Of a DNA stretch of 64,000 nucleotides, positions 1 to 8,700 are shown one piece after another. The DNA is taken from positions 1 to 64,000 of IMG/VR virus record IMGVR_UViG_3300003690_000003; one strand, given 5' to 3'. Position 1 is the stretch's first letter. Each line of letters begins with the position of its first letter. The notes under the pieces were generated by a model. The model saw only the letters and a program-made list of their open reading frames with translations, was not told the origin of the DNA and ran no database searches. The DNA is from a virus. Position numbers and translations under genes: made by a program.

Positions 1-200
1 TTTTCCTTTCTTACACTTGAAAGTACGATTAGCAGATCGGGGGTTTCTCTTGCTAGCTCCCCAGGCTTCCAGTCGAACCACTGAACTTCTACATGATCGT
101 CGCAGTCCTTATCATCGTACACCAATGCCAACACGATGCCTGGGATATCATTCCCTAGATTTATGTCTGCGTATCTTACCAGATCGCCTACTTGAAACAT
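1..200 (-). CDS. KOW/SH3-like small protein (GDLV family), runs off window edge
   Basis: Manual translation MFQVGDLVRYADINLGNDIPGIVLALV...VEVQWFDW...LLIVLSS; ATG abuts upstream TAA at 201. Confidence 0.7.
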   Translation of the reverse strand, partial: MFQVGDLVRYADINLGNDIPGIVLALVYDDKDCDDHVEVQWFDWKPGELARETPDLLIVLSSVRKE

Positions 201-416
201 TTACTTTGCCCTCGACACTAGAATCAGGCTATACTGATTGAACCACATCGACTCACGACGCCAGCCTGTGAACCAAATCACCGCTGCCTCGTGACCGTCA
301 ACCCAGTTGCCGCGTGTGTCCGTGACGGTCCCTCGACCGGGATTGCGGTCTGCGCCATATGGCAGATCGTCTTCAAACCACTCGACTACATCGCCCGCGC
401 GGATCGGCAAGCTCAT
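201..416 (-). CDS. KOW/SH3-like small protein (GDLV family)
   Basis: MSLPIRAGDVVEW...GRGTV...VIWF...LILVSRAK; start moved to Met at 416. Confidence 0.7.
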   Translation of the reverse strand: MSLPIRAGDVVEWFEDDLPYGADRNPGRGTVTDTRGNWVDGHEAAVIWFTGWRRESMWFNQYSLILVSRAK

Positions 417-417
417 T

Positions 418-657
418 TTATTCTTCTGGCCTCGGGTCTGTTTCGTTTTCGAGAATCCAGCCTTGCTCGCCTTGAATCTGCACACACACCCAAGTTTCTT
501 TGTGCTTCAAGTCGCGCCACGTTGAATTGATCTCAACTTCGTCGCCGGGCAACCCAATGTCGAGTGTGCCGCGTTGGGTACTGAACGGGTTGTTAAGCTC
601 AATGAACCCTGCGTAGGATTTATTAAGTATCCTCACGCGGTTTTTGCTCATGCTCAC
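418..657 (-). CDS. hypothetical protein
   Basis: 79 aa ORF, ATGA overlap with upstream gene. Confidence 0.55.
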   Translation of the reverse strand: MSMSKNRVRILNKSYAGFIELNNPFSTQRGTLDIGLPGDEVEINSTWRDLKHKETWVCVQIQGEQGWILENETDPRPEE

Positions 658-1361
658 GCGACTACCTGTAGACGGGAAGTTGCTGCACCGGGCACATAAT
701 AGTTACTAAGCCGCTCGGTGTTGCCGTTGTGCATCCACTGAACGTCGATATTGTTAAGAAGATCGTGGGGGCGCCCGCTCACGGGCGTTACCTTGATAAC
801 GGTCCCAACGAACGGCGACGGGTGCCCGTTCAAGTCAATCAATTTTACGAGTTGTCCCACGCGAATGTCGAGGTAGTGGGTCGGGTGGGGCATCGACACG
901 CGCTTCTTCAGCGGTGCCGTGCGCCGCGTGAGCCTCTTTCGCGCCTTCTTCGGGGCCGGAGCCTCCGGCGCGGCGTTGCTGTCGCTACGGCCCGCCCAGC
1001 GGGTCCAACAGGCGTTGGCGCACACGACGTTACCGGACTTCGCCTTGAACTTCTTTGCACCGCACTTGCAGGTCGGCCCAGACGTTGCGGCAACCTCGAT
1101 AGCCTTCAAGTAGGAGCCGAAGGACTTGGTGCCCTTGAACGCTCCACCGGATGCAATCGTGCGCCAATGGCTTTGATTGTTGACAAAGACTGCCGTGAAG
1201 TGCGCCTGCTTGCCGCTGATCGGCTTCCCGGTGGCCTTGTCGATCCCGGTGTTGATCACGATCCGCACGTTCTGGAGCGTCGAATGAAACTTGCTAGCCA
1301 CAAGTTCCTCGCTCTTGTTGTTGTGGGTCTTGAACTTGTTGGTGCGAAGTGCGGTTCTCAT
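654..1361 (-). CDS. hypothetical protein with Cys cluster and C-terminal GDLV-family domain
   Basis: CKCG...CANAC; C-terminus IRVGQLVKL...GTVIKV...IDVQW...LQVVA. Confidence 0.65.
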   Translation of the reverse strand: MRTALRTNKFKTHNNKSEELVASKFHSTLQNVRIVINTGIDKATGKPISGKQAHFTAVFVNNQSHWRTIASGGAFKGTKSFGSYLKAIEVAATSGPTCKCGAKKFKAKSGNVVCANACWTRWAGRSDSNAAPEAPAPKKARKRLTRRTAPLKKRVSMPHPTHYLDIRVGQLVKLIDLNGHPSPFVGTVIKVTPVSGRPHDLLNNIDVQWMHNGNTERLSNYYVPGAATSRLQVVA

Positions 1362-1672
1362 GGTCGATGCTCCTATGGGGCGTGATGCCCTCGACTGTCT
1401 ATATTATGCCATAGGGAGAGAAGAAAAGCAAGGAAAAAATATCGTTTAGCCGCTTTTTGTCAAATAAAACTACGCTGCATCGTCAAACAGCGGGGGATCG
1501 TAATCGAGATCGAAACCGTACCTAAGTGATTGGATTTGTTCCATTTTTACTCCCAAATCACCACGGCACTTGCCAGGAGGAGAGTGAAAACTGCAAAGGT
1601 CCACATACTTTTATTTTACTTTCTTTTATCGGGGGTTAAAGTATTGTTATTGCTCGGGGCTGCCCCCCTGGT

Positions 1673-2998
1673 TTAATCCAGGGGGATCCCGACGAGTCGC
1701 TCGGGCTTCGGATCGAAGTATGGACGATCCGCGTGATAGTCGGTCGTCATCCACATTCGTTGCACTCGGCAAGCAATCGGCTTCGGTGCTTCCATATCGG
1801 TGAGGACGATCAGACCGTCGAATCCGCCCTTTTCGTTGACCCATTTGGTCGGGGCATCGAAGCAGGTTCCGCCGCACATAACACGCTCACGCTTGTGCTT
1901 TAGACCCTTTTTCCAGACGAAAACCTTATCATCGTCCACGCGGGTGTCGAAGGGAATCACGGTAAACTCAGCAAGCCTCGACAGCCCGTTTAGCTCACCG
2001 AAAAACGCCTCAAGCATTTGATCGGACACCGAACCGGACTGATCGATAGCAATTGCGACCTTTGCGGTCCGCGTTGCCTTCTTACCGGGGTGCTGGTACG
2101 GGTAGCGTCGATTGATCTTCCGCACGGTGGACCGCTTGTTAGCCCGTTGCGACTGCTTTACGAAGTATCGCAGAACCTTTTTCCAGTCCAGCTTGCTGGT
2201 GATGCTGTCGAGAATGTCCTTCCGCATGTTGGCGGGAATGGTTCCCCATCCTCGACTGCTCGACTGTGCCTCGTTGACCGCTTCCCGAATGAAGTCCTTG
2301 ACTCTCTCTTCGGCAAGTTGCTTCGTCGCGTCGTCAACCTCGTCCCAACCGGAATGATCATCGAAAACACCATCCTCAAAGGGTCCGTTGCCCTGGCCTT
2401 GACCCTGGCCTGTTCCGGGTGTGCCGCCTTCGGAGCCTTGACCCTCGCCGTCGCCGTCGTCGTCGCCGTCGTCGCCCTGCTGCTCGGGGAGGTGCTTCAA
2501 GTACCACTCCGCGCTCTTGTGGCTCGGGAGATCCTTGAACGGACCATCCTGACCGGGCTTGCAGCAGCCTTCGGGCAGGTTAACGAGGTGCGAGTTGATC
2601 GCAAGGTCCATGGCGATATTGTGCTGCCGACACTCGGCAGGACTCATATCGCGGAACGAACGGAATCGGCCCCCGGTAACGTGCTGCAAAACGATATGAT
2701 AAAACTCATGCTTGAGAATGTCCTTGCGCGTCTCGTCACTCAGGGGAGCGAAGAAGTCGGGATTGTACCGCATTTCCAGCTTGCCCTCTTTGGTCACGCG
2801 GACGCCAGCAGTCGGGACGCCGCCCGCACGCTTGTCGATCCGGCGTGAGAGAGCCGCGAAAAACGGCTCATCGATCAGCAGCCGGTGAACGTGCAGGCGA
2901 AGATCAAAAGGCTTGACCTCTCGCGCCGGTTCCAGAAGGTCAGCGATCTCGTCGTCGCTCATATCGGTAATGTCGGTCATGTTCGTTGGATCAGTCAT
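1673..2998 (-). CDS. DUF2201-type metallopeptidase (HExxH) plus vWA domain protein
   Basis: HEFYH, AMDLAIN, acidic Gly-rich linker, MIDAS DQSGS, GGT, LTD; adjacent to AAA ATPase. Confidence 0.85.
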   Translation of the reverse strand: MTDPTNMTDITDMSDDEIADLLEPAREVKPFDLRLHVHRLLIDEPFFAALSRRIDKRAGGVPTAGVRVTKEGKLEMRYNPDFFAPLSDETRKDILKHEFYHIVLQHVTGGRFRSFRDMSPAECRQHNIAMDLAINSHLVNLPEGCCKPGQDGPFKDLPSHKSAEWYLKHLPEQQGDDGDDDGDGEGQGSEGGTPGTGQGQGQGNGPFEDGVFDDHSGWDEVDDATKQLAEERVKDFIREAVNEAQSSSRGWGTIPANMRKDILDSITSKLDWKKVLRYFVKQSQRANKRSTVRKINRRYPYQHPGKKATRTAKVAIAIDQSGSVSDQMLEAFFGELNGLSRLAEFTVIPFDTRVDDDKVFVWKKGLKHKRERVMCGGTCFDAPTKWVNEKGGFDGLIVLTDMEAPKPIACRVQRMWMTTDYHADRPYFDPKPERLVGIPLD

Positions 2999-3019
2999 TG
3001 ATGTTCTCCCTACTCTCTA

Positions 3020-3078
3020 AGTATACCCCAGGTGGGGCTAGATTGCAAGCGTTTAGATTTTATTCTCAAATAAAAGTT
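3020..3078 (-). promoter_or_regulatory. sigma70 promoter plus palindromic box
   Basis: TTGCAA-17-TATACT; box 3055-3078. Confidence 0.75.
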
Positions 3079-3154
3079 AGGTTCTCTAACTCCATGATAT
3101 TGTTAAGGACGGGGGCGCGGGCCTGGAGCGGTGGCCCACAACCCCCTATTATCC

Positions 3155-4225
3155 TTACTTCTTATTGATCTCTTCTCCGGTGAGAATCTCGACAAGGTAC
3201 GCGCCGACACTCTTATCATCCACGGTGCTGCCGTGCAGGGCAATCGCGTTGTCACTGTTCGCGGCACCGATAGCACTCCACAACTTCATGGCAGGCTCGC
3301 TCGGAATGTCCATGAAGTAGCGGGCGAGGTTCTCGGTCGCCTTTGCCTTCAAGGCATCATCGAGCCGACCGGAGGCAGCGATCTTATCGATCAGGGCACA
3401 GTGGTCATTGAGATCGAAGTCCTTGGGCAGAATACCCTTGTCGAGAACGTCAGTCACCGACACAACCTTTTCGACGTTCCGAACGTAGTCGTTAAACGCA
3501 ACAGCAGCCTCAAAACCGATATAGGCGGCACTCAGGGAGTAAACCTCGGGGCGCACTTCGCCAGCGGTCAGCAGACCAGCAGCGGTCAGAGTCTCATTCA
3601 GACGGACCCAGGAGCGGCGGGAAGGATAGACCTTGTTAGGCTCGGGGTCGTCGTTATGCTCAAGATGTGCAGGCTCGCCGCGAATGAAATCAATGATCAG
3701 AGTGTCAACGCTGCTCTGCGCCCAGGTGATCCAGTCGTCAACGGACGGCTCAACGTCGAAGGTAGTGTAACGGTCCAACTCAGCCGGATCCATTTCTCCC
3801 ACCTGATAGGCCGCCGCGCCGGCGTGAGTGCCACCGTTGACGGCAGCGAAGATCAAAGTCTCGGGGTGCAGGACGTTGCCAGCGAGCTTGCGAGAGTCGC
3901 ACAACTCAAAGATGCCCTGACGGACTTCCAGGGTCGCTCGATCAACTTCGTCGAGGAACAGCAGGACCGCTTCGTTACAGGCCCGGTCGAGCCAGTCGGG
4001 GGGGCAGAACGTAGTCACGTTGCCGTCGGTCTTCGGCAGACCCAGCAGATCGCCCTCAGTCATTTGACTCGCTCGGCGCTCGACAACGGGCAGGCCCATG
4101 CTGTCAGCGAACTGATAGACGACACTGGATTTGCCAATGCCGTGCCGACCACGAAGCAGAACGGGGTGATTCGCAGTCGTAACGTGCGGGAGGATTGAAA
4201 GAAGGGTCTTGAAGTCTACGGTCAT
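3155..4225 (-). CDS. MoxR/AAA_5-type AAA+ ATPase
   Basis: Walker A GRHGIGKS, Walker B LFLDEVDR, AAVN, MDPAELDR, SRRSW. Confidence 0.88.
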   Translation of the reverse strand: MTVDFKTLLSILPHVTTANHPVLLRGRHGIGKSSVVYQFADSMGLPVVERRASQMTEGDLLGLPKTDGNVTTFCPPDWLDRACNEAVLLFLDEVDRATLEVRQGIFELCDSRKLAGNVLHPETLIFAAVNGGTHAGAAAYQVGEMDPAELDRYTTFDVEPSVDDWITWAQSSVDTLIIDFIRGEPAHLEHNDDPEPNKVYPSRRSWVRLNETLTAAGLLTAGEVRPEVYSLSAAYIGFEAAVAFNDYVRNVEKVVSVTDVLDKGILPKDFDLNDHCALIDKIAASGRLDDALKAKATENLARYFMDIPSEPAMKLWSAIGAANSDNAIALHGSTVDDKSVGAYLVEILTGEEINKK

Positions 4226-4277
4226 TGTTCTCTGTTTTGCTCCTGGGTGGGCTTGTTAGGCGCCCTTCCACTCTCTA

Positions 4278-4306
4278 AGTATAACCCGAATGGGGTTGAA
4301 ATGCAA
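4278..4306 (-). promoter_or_regulatory. sigma70 promoter
   Basis: TTGCAT-17-TATACT. Confidence 0.65.
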
Positions 4307-4381
4307 GGCTTTTTTATTTATTGTTAAAACTTTTTCTTCTATACTAAGTAGTTGATATCGCAGGGTTCTGCTTCAAAGTTA

Positions 4382-5200
4382 TCAACTATCCTCCCGTGCG
4401 GGCTGCGCCCACTCGGGGGGCAACTCCTCGGAACCGTTGAGATATTCGCGGATCGCCTTGCGCTGCGCGGGGGAGATCGTATCGAATTCATATGCCTCGT
4501 GCTTTTCATCGGTGGCGAACCAGCCTTCAACTACTTCCACCAGGCGAGTCCCAAACCAGTCATCGTTGGCGGCGACTGCTGGCGCGGGGCTGGCGAGGGT
4601 CCACCTGTGTCCGTCGCAGCCGATACGCGACTGCTGGTATCGCCCCGGGGGCCGGTCGTCCTGGGCGCCCGGTGCAACCGTGGGAACGTGAGGCAGGCCG
4701 AACCAGACCGCGCTGCCCGAAGCAACGTCGGTGGCTCGGATAAACGACTGGTCTTCCCGGTTGCCGGGGAGTCCGTGCCGTTGGGTGATGTGGCTCAGGG
4801 TCAACTCATTGACTAGAAACACGCGGGGCTGCTCATCGTCCCCCCTTTCCGCCTCATAACCGTTGTTATAGAAGGATCGACGCGAAGCGATCAGTGCGCC
4901 GGGACCAATGCCGGATGCCTCCAACCACTTTCTGAGTCCCTTGCGAATCAGGGTCGCATCTTGCGTTGCCTCACGCTTATGAGTCTTGAGTGTCGGGCAA
5001 GTGCGACGGGTGTGCCCCGCTGCTTCCTTACAGTAGGAACACTTGCGCGGGGCCTTAGAAGCAGCCTTCATTATCTCAACCTGTCGCGCATGATATCCGG
5101 TGGGATCTGCCGCCGCGAGCTTCCTGAGTTCTGGGCAGCTTCGCCTATTGTGCCCGGTATTGTAACACTGACCGCACCTGACGGTTCCACTCCACGACAT
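4382..5200 (-). CDS. zinc-knuckle protein
   Basis: Two CxxC-x(4-5)-H-x4-C motifs: CGQCYNTGHNRRSC and CSYCKEAAGHTRRTC. Confidence 0.7.
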   Translation of the reverse strand: MSWSGTVRCGQCYNTGHNRRSCPELRKLAAADPTGYHARQVEIMKAASKAPRKCSYCKEAAGHTRRTCPTLKTHKREATQDATLIRKGLRKWLEASGIGPGALIASRRSFYNNGYEAERGDDEQPRVFLVNELTLSHITQRHGLPGNREDQSFIRATDVASGSAVWFGLPHVPTVAPGAQDDRPPGRYQQSRIGCDGHRWTLASPAPAVAANDDWFGTRLVEVVEGWFATDEKHEAYEFDTISPAQRKAIREYLNGSEELPPEWAQPAREDS

Positions 5201-5246
5201 TTTCTTTTTACTCCATCGGAGGGCTTAGGTGCCCTTCCACTCTCTT

Positions 5247-5305
5247 ATTATGCCACAGGGGCCACTCAAAGTCAACAATAAAAACTTTATTCTCAAATAA
5301 AAGTT
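5247..5305 (-). promoter_or_regulatory. sigma70 promoter plus palindromic box
   Basis: TTGACT-17-CATAAT; box 5283-5305. Confidence 0.8.
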
Positions 5306-5607
5306 TTCTTCTTTGCGTTGATATGCTTGCACTCGCGTCGGAAGTTGAAGCCGGGGCAGGTGCAGGACCAGCGACCGTCAAAGCGCACCGTGTAGGTGTT
5401 CCCCTTCGATCCCTGGACCTCCCACGACTGCGCCTCGACCTTTTCGATCTTGCGCGGGGTGTAGACCATCCAGCGACCGATCTCGTCCTGAGCCGTGCCC
5501 TCGGGCACCTCGATCCAGTCTGATCCGCTGATCGCGTAGGTCTTACCGACCCACGGCATGCTGACGATGCCGGGGGGAAACTGGACCTCGATGGGTTCGT
5601 TCATCAT
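5293..5607 (-). CDS. SWIM zinc-finger protein
   Basis: GSKGNTYTV...WSCTCPGFNFRRECKH. Confidence 0.8.
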   Translation of the reverse strand: MMNEPIEVQFPPGIVSMPWVGKTYAISGSDWIEVPEGTAQDEIGRWMVYTPRKIEKVEAQSWEVQGSKGNTYTVRFDGRWSCTCPGFNFRRECKHINAKKKTFI

Positions 5608-5613
5608 GTATCC

Positions 5614-5672
5614 ATTATGCCTGAGTTGAGGCGAGAAGTCAACAATAAAAACTTTATTCTCAAATAAAAGTT
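5614..5672 (-). promoter_or_regulatory. leaderless sigma70 promoter plus box
   Basis: TTGACT-17-CATAAT-6-ATG; box 5650-5672. Confidence 0.8.
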
Positions 5673-5735
5673 TTTTAGTTGTAAGTCACAACCAACATCA
5701 GGACATACAAGAAGCATACCAAAAAAACAAAAATC

Positions 5736-5945
5736 TCAAACATTCTTGTCCTCTGTCTCCTCGGGCATCCCGAACGGGTCCACGATATCGCAGGTCGTGT
5801 CGAGCGCAACTCGCGTCACCCGAAACAGATCCTCGGTTCGCACTCGTCGGAGTGCCCCAAAAATTGAGTCAGCGTAGACGGTAAAAGTTCGCTCTTGTAC
5901 GGCTCCATCGACCATATACTGTGCGTTTACAATAAATCGGTTCAT
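5736..5945 (-). CDS. hypothetical protein
   Basis: 69 aa, ATGA-coupled to upstream gene. Confidence 0.55.
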   Translation of the reverse strand: MNRFIVNAQYMVDGAVQERTFTVYADSIFGALRRVRTEDLFRVTRVALDTTCDIVDPFGMPEETEDKNV

Positions 5946-6160
5946 GTTTGGATCTCTTCCATATACTTCAAGAATGTTTTGTCTGTCACTCGCACATCGG
6001 CGCCCAACAAAAACTTGTGGTTTACAATCGTTACTCCATCGGAGCGATTGAAAATCTCTTCGCCCAGGTAGAGAGCAACTTTACCAGCCCACTGGACCGC
6101 GAAACGCTGGTGTGCGTTGCTGCGATAGAGTGCGCCGATTTTCATATCGCCTGCTTTCAT
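5942..6160 (-). CDS. GDLV-family small protein
   Basis: MKAGDMKIGALY...; start 9 nt after -10 box. Confidence 0.6.
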   Translation of the reverse strand: MKAGDMKIGALYRSNAHQRFAVQWAGKVALYLGEEIFNRSDGVTIVNHKFLLGADVRVTDKTFLKYMEEIQT

Positions 6161-6169
6161 CGTATCTCT

Positions 6170-6228
6170 AGTATGCCTGAGTCCAGGCAAGAAGTCAAGG
6201 GCGAAAACTTTATTGTCAAATAAAAGTT
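6170..6228 (-). promoter_or_regulatory. sigma70 promoter plus box
   Basis: TTGACT-17-CATACT-9-ATG; box 6206-6228. Confidence 0.78.
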
Positions 6229-6263
6229 GCCGTCGGGGTGTCGCCGGAGTATAGATTATGTTT

Positions 6264-6464
6264 CTAAGTACCTGATTTTACAGGTATTTCTTGCGCCAGT
6301 TCCAGATACCTATGCTTGCGGTCGTATTCCCCGCTGTGCTTAGGATTCTTCGTCCAGTAAATGTTGATCATATCCCCCATCCAGGGGTCGGGCGCGTACG
6401 CTAGAACGATGCCAATATCTTCTGCACCGGGGTACGTCCACCGAACAAGATCACCGGGTTTCAT
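6264..6464 (-). CDS. GDLV-family small protein
   Basis: MKPGDLVRW...IGIVL...INIYW...YLELA; ATGA overlap. Confidence 0.75.
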   Translation of the reverse strand: MKPGDLVRWTYPGAEDIGIVLAYAPDPWMGDMINIYWTKNPKHSGEYDRKHRYLELAQEIPVKSGT

Positions 6465-6655
6465 TTTGCGCGGCTCACAACGATCCAATGGTCGGGCGCG
6501 GCCATTTCAGGCCCGGACGTATCAAAAAACTGAATCAGAATTCTATCTAAAATCGACAGGGAGGTGATATCCATAACGAGTGCCAACGGCGGCGGCGCAT
6601 CGGGATCACCGCGATAATGTTTCAGTGTAACTAAATCACCTACTTGAAAGTTCAT
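6461..6655 (-). CDS. GDLV-family small protein
   Basis: MNFQVGDLVTL...IVVSRAK. Confidence 0.75.
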   Translation of the reverse strand: MNFQVGDLVTLKHYRGDPDAPPPLALVMDITSLSILDRILIQFFDTSGPEMAAPDHWIVVSRAK

Positions 6656-6818
6656 TGATAACCTCTAAGCCGTCCTGGGAGACAACCTCTGTACCGTCTG
6701 TGAAAAAAACTACCCAGCACCTTATGATACGTCCATATACTTTGATCAGCACTCCGACTTCGCCCATACTATATCGAGGACCAAAGCCGGTTGTTTTTAC
6801 AAGATCACCGATTTTCAC
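6636..6818 (-). CDS. GDLV-family small protein
   Basis: MKIGDLVK...VGVLI...LEVINE. Confidence 0.78.
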   Translation of the reverse strand: MKIGDLVKTTGFGPRYSMGEVGVLIKVYGRIIRCWVVFFTDGTEVVSQDGLEVINELSSR

Positions 6819-6984
6819 TTACTAGCTCCAAGGCGTCGGCATAAGTCCAGCGAAGATCGTCAAGGTGATTGACACGAGACGACCATAGGCCGATATTGTA
6901 ACTCTGCTGGCAGACGCTAGCGACGATCCAGAGGTGCGCTTTCTTGCCGTTGCGTTTGAATCTTACGAGATCACCGATTTTCAC
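6805..6984 (-). CDS. GDLV-family small protein (59 aa, below ORF-track cutoff)
   Basis: Manual translation MKIGDLVRFKRNGKKAHLWIVASVCQQSYNIGLWSSRVNHLDDLRWTYADALELVSENR. Confidence 0.78.
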   Translation of the reverse strand: MKIGDLVRFKRNGKKAHLWIVASVCQQSYNIGLWSSRVNHLDDLRWTYADALELVSENR

Positions 6985-7159
6985 TGATTACCTCTAGCTC
7001 TCTTCTGGGGTGCGAACTCATGCAGTTATCATCCAGGCCACTGCCATCAATCCAATGAATCACTTGACGTTCGTCAGTGCCCGGTATCTGCCGAACAACG
7101 ATGCCGAACCAGTCTGCCCAACACGGATTGTTATAAACCACCAGATCACCGATTTTCAT
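6971..7159 (-). CDS. GDLV-family small protein
   Basis: MKIGDLVVY...FGIVV...VIHW...LEVISENR. Confidence 0.8.
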   Translation of the reverse strand: MKIGDLVVYNNPCWADWFGIVVRQIPGTDERQVIHWIDGSGLDDNCMSSHPRRELEVISENR

Positions 7160-7361
7160 TAGTTGCTTCTCGCAAGTAGTTGCTGTTTATCTGCACCACG
7201 TTGCCGGTTCTTACGTTCTGCCCCAACACGAAACCGTCGTAGCACTTACTTTCGCTAGCGGGGAGAAGTAAATACAAGTCACCGAGACCGGCCCGGGGGT
7301 TCCCGGTACTTCGCACCAGCATGCCAGCTTGCACCTGATCTCGTCGAAGATAAACGCTCAC
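7146..7361 (-). CDS. GDLV-family-like small protein
   Basis: GTG start in GTGA overlap; VQAGMLVR...EATNENR. Confidence 0.6.
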   Translation of the reverse strand: MSVYLRRDQVQAGMLVRSTGNPRAGLGDLYLLLPASESKCYDGFVLGQNVRTGNVVQINSNYLREATNENR

Positions 7362-7507
7362 CAGTCCCGCCGCCCCTTGTGCTTCGGGTGTCGAGCATCC
7401 TTGCCGCTCCCCTTGCCAGAACCCTTGCGGGCCTTGTTCTTGTGCTTCCCTGCTCCCCGGTGGTTCCAGGCAGCGAGCGCAATCAGGTTTCGTCCGTTTC
7501 GCTTCAT
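7358..7507 (-). CDS. small basic protein
   Basis: MKRNGRNLIALAAWNHRGAGKHKNKARKGSGKGSGKDARHPKHKGRRDW, start 9 nt after -10 box. Confidence 0.6.
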   Translation of the reverse strand: MKRNGRNLIALAAWNHRGAGKHKNKARKGSGKGSGKDARHPKHKGRRDW

Positions 7508-7516
7508 CGTGCTTAT

Positions 7517-7575
7517 AGAATACCACGGGCGACGGGTCAAGTCAAGGGTGAAAACTTTATTGTCAAATAAAAGTT
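7517..7575 (-). promoter_or_regulatory. sigma70 promoter plus box
   Basis: TTGACT-17-TATTCT-9-ATG; box 7553-7575. Confidence 0.78.
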
Positions 7576-7726
7576 AGAGGGTGCGGGTTCTCTTCGGTCC
7601 CCGCTGCCTAGCCTCCTGGCAACTTGTATTCGTAAGAGCAATCACGGAAGTGTGATCCTTTTTATAAGTCTCTTACAGGGATTCAGGAGAGGCGTTGAAT
7701 CCCGCTTAATATAATACCCTCTAACT
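7572..7726. ncRNA. candidate structured non-coding RNA
   Basis: Intergenic; 11-bp terminal inverted repeat plus nested helices (GTAAGAG/CTCTTAC, GGGATTCA/TGAATCCC, ATCAC/GTGAT, GCGGG/CCCGC). Confidence 0.5.
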
Positions 7727-8345
7727 ACTTAACATTCTTGCGCTTTTTCGCTTTCTTCAAGTCGCGTTCTTCGCAGATTACTGGAGTAGCCGAACCAATG
7801 GGGATCACCTCGTAACGCTTGCCGCCTCTGGCGTGTGTCAACACCTCGGGAAGTGCCCGTAGAATCATCGCAGGCTTGCCGCCCAGACCGTAGCTCACGC
7901 GGGCCGCTTTCCGAAACTCGACCATGCTTGCGGCTGCGAACTTTGGTTCATCCAGTGAGTTCGTCAAGACCGCTTGCGCGTACTTATTGCCAGTGATCGC
8001 GCTATACTGCTTCTCTGTTGGAACCCACTCGGGATCTCCCATCGCGCTGGAAACAATACTTTGAAAATATCCGTTGCGATAGTAGTAGGCTGCAACGATT
8101 TGCAATCGTTGTGCCTTGTCGGCATCCCACACTTCTTCCCAATCCTTGTTGGCTGCAAGCACTTTGTCACTGTAGTTACCCTCGATCTCTTCGAGGATGT
8201 CGGTCTGTCGCGGGGAGAGGTTTCGCCCTTCCTGCGCTTGATCTCTCAGAGACGAGGCAAAGCCAAAATCCCAGGAGTTTTCATCTTTGATACGCTCGAT
8301 CAGGTTCTCAAGTCGCTGGATCATCTTGTCTCCGGTGTTGTCCAT
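7725..8345 (-). CDS. hypothetical protein
   Basis: 206 aa, leaderless start; LSPRQ helical N-terminal part and SH3-like C-terminal part. Confidence 0.7.
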   Translation of the reverse strand: MDNTGDKMIQRLENLIERIKDENSWDFGFASSLRDQAQEGRNLSPRQTDILEEIEGNYSDKVLAANKDWEEVWDADKAQRLQIVAAYYYRNGYFQSIVSSAMGDPEWVPTEKQYSAITGNKYAQAVLTNSLDEPKFAAASMVEFRKAARVSYGLGGKPAMILRALPEVLTHARGGKRYEVIPIGSATPVICEERDLKKAKKRKNVK

Positions 8346-8351
8346 ACTCTA

Positions 8352-8410
8352 ATTATGCCTGAATCGAAGAAGAAAGTCAACCCTCTAAACTTTATTCTCA
8401 AATAAAAGTT
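8352..8410 (-). promoter_or_regulatory. leaderless sigma70 promoter plus box
   Basis: TTGACT-17-CATAAT-6-ATG; box 8388-8410. Confidence 0.8.
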
Positions 8411-8699
8411 ATGCGGGCCAAAGGGGCGCACTGTTGCGGAATACCGTGGGGTGCATCACTTCGTTAGCATGACGCTTCGCCTTGTTTACATGGGTCGAAG
8501 TTGTGACAGAATGAAAGCATCCACCGGGCGCGGTGAAGTCGCCCACGACGACTAGCCCGCCAGAAGTGCGGTGAGCGATCTTCGCGCCATACGAGAGCAA
8601 CTCGCGCCCGTCGCTGCTCAGGTTGCCAGTGTGACTGATCGCCCTTTCACCTCGGGCGAAGGCGGCCACTACTTTATCATTCTTAACTGTATCAAACAT
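8409..8699 (-). CDS. hypothetical phage protein
   Basis: LLSYGAKIA...SVTTSTH motif; GGAG SD upstream. Confidence 0.65.
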   Translation of the reverse strand: MFDTVKNDKVVAAFARGERAISHTGNLSSDGRELLSYGAKIAHRTSGGLVVVGDFTAPGGCFHSVTTSTHVNKAKRHANEVMHPTVFRNSAPLWPA

Positions 8700-8700
8700 T

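Larger units (their letters stand above)
6805..7159 (-). repeat. junction repeat TGAAAATCGGTGA, cluster 1
   Basis: Exact tcaccgattttca at 6805, 6971, 7146. Confidence 0.9.

Noticed and set aside
729-4816. Long plus-strand ORFs (729-1385, 2018-2848, 3131-4198, 4352-4816)
   Set aside because: Antisense shadows of well-supported minus-strand genes in GC-rich DNA, with no motifs or promoters. The same applies to plus-strand ORFs elsewhere.
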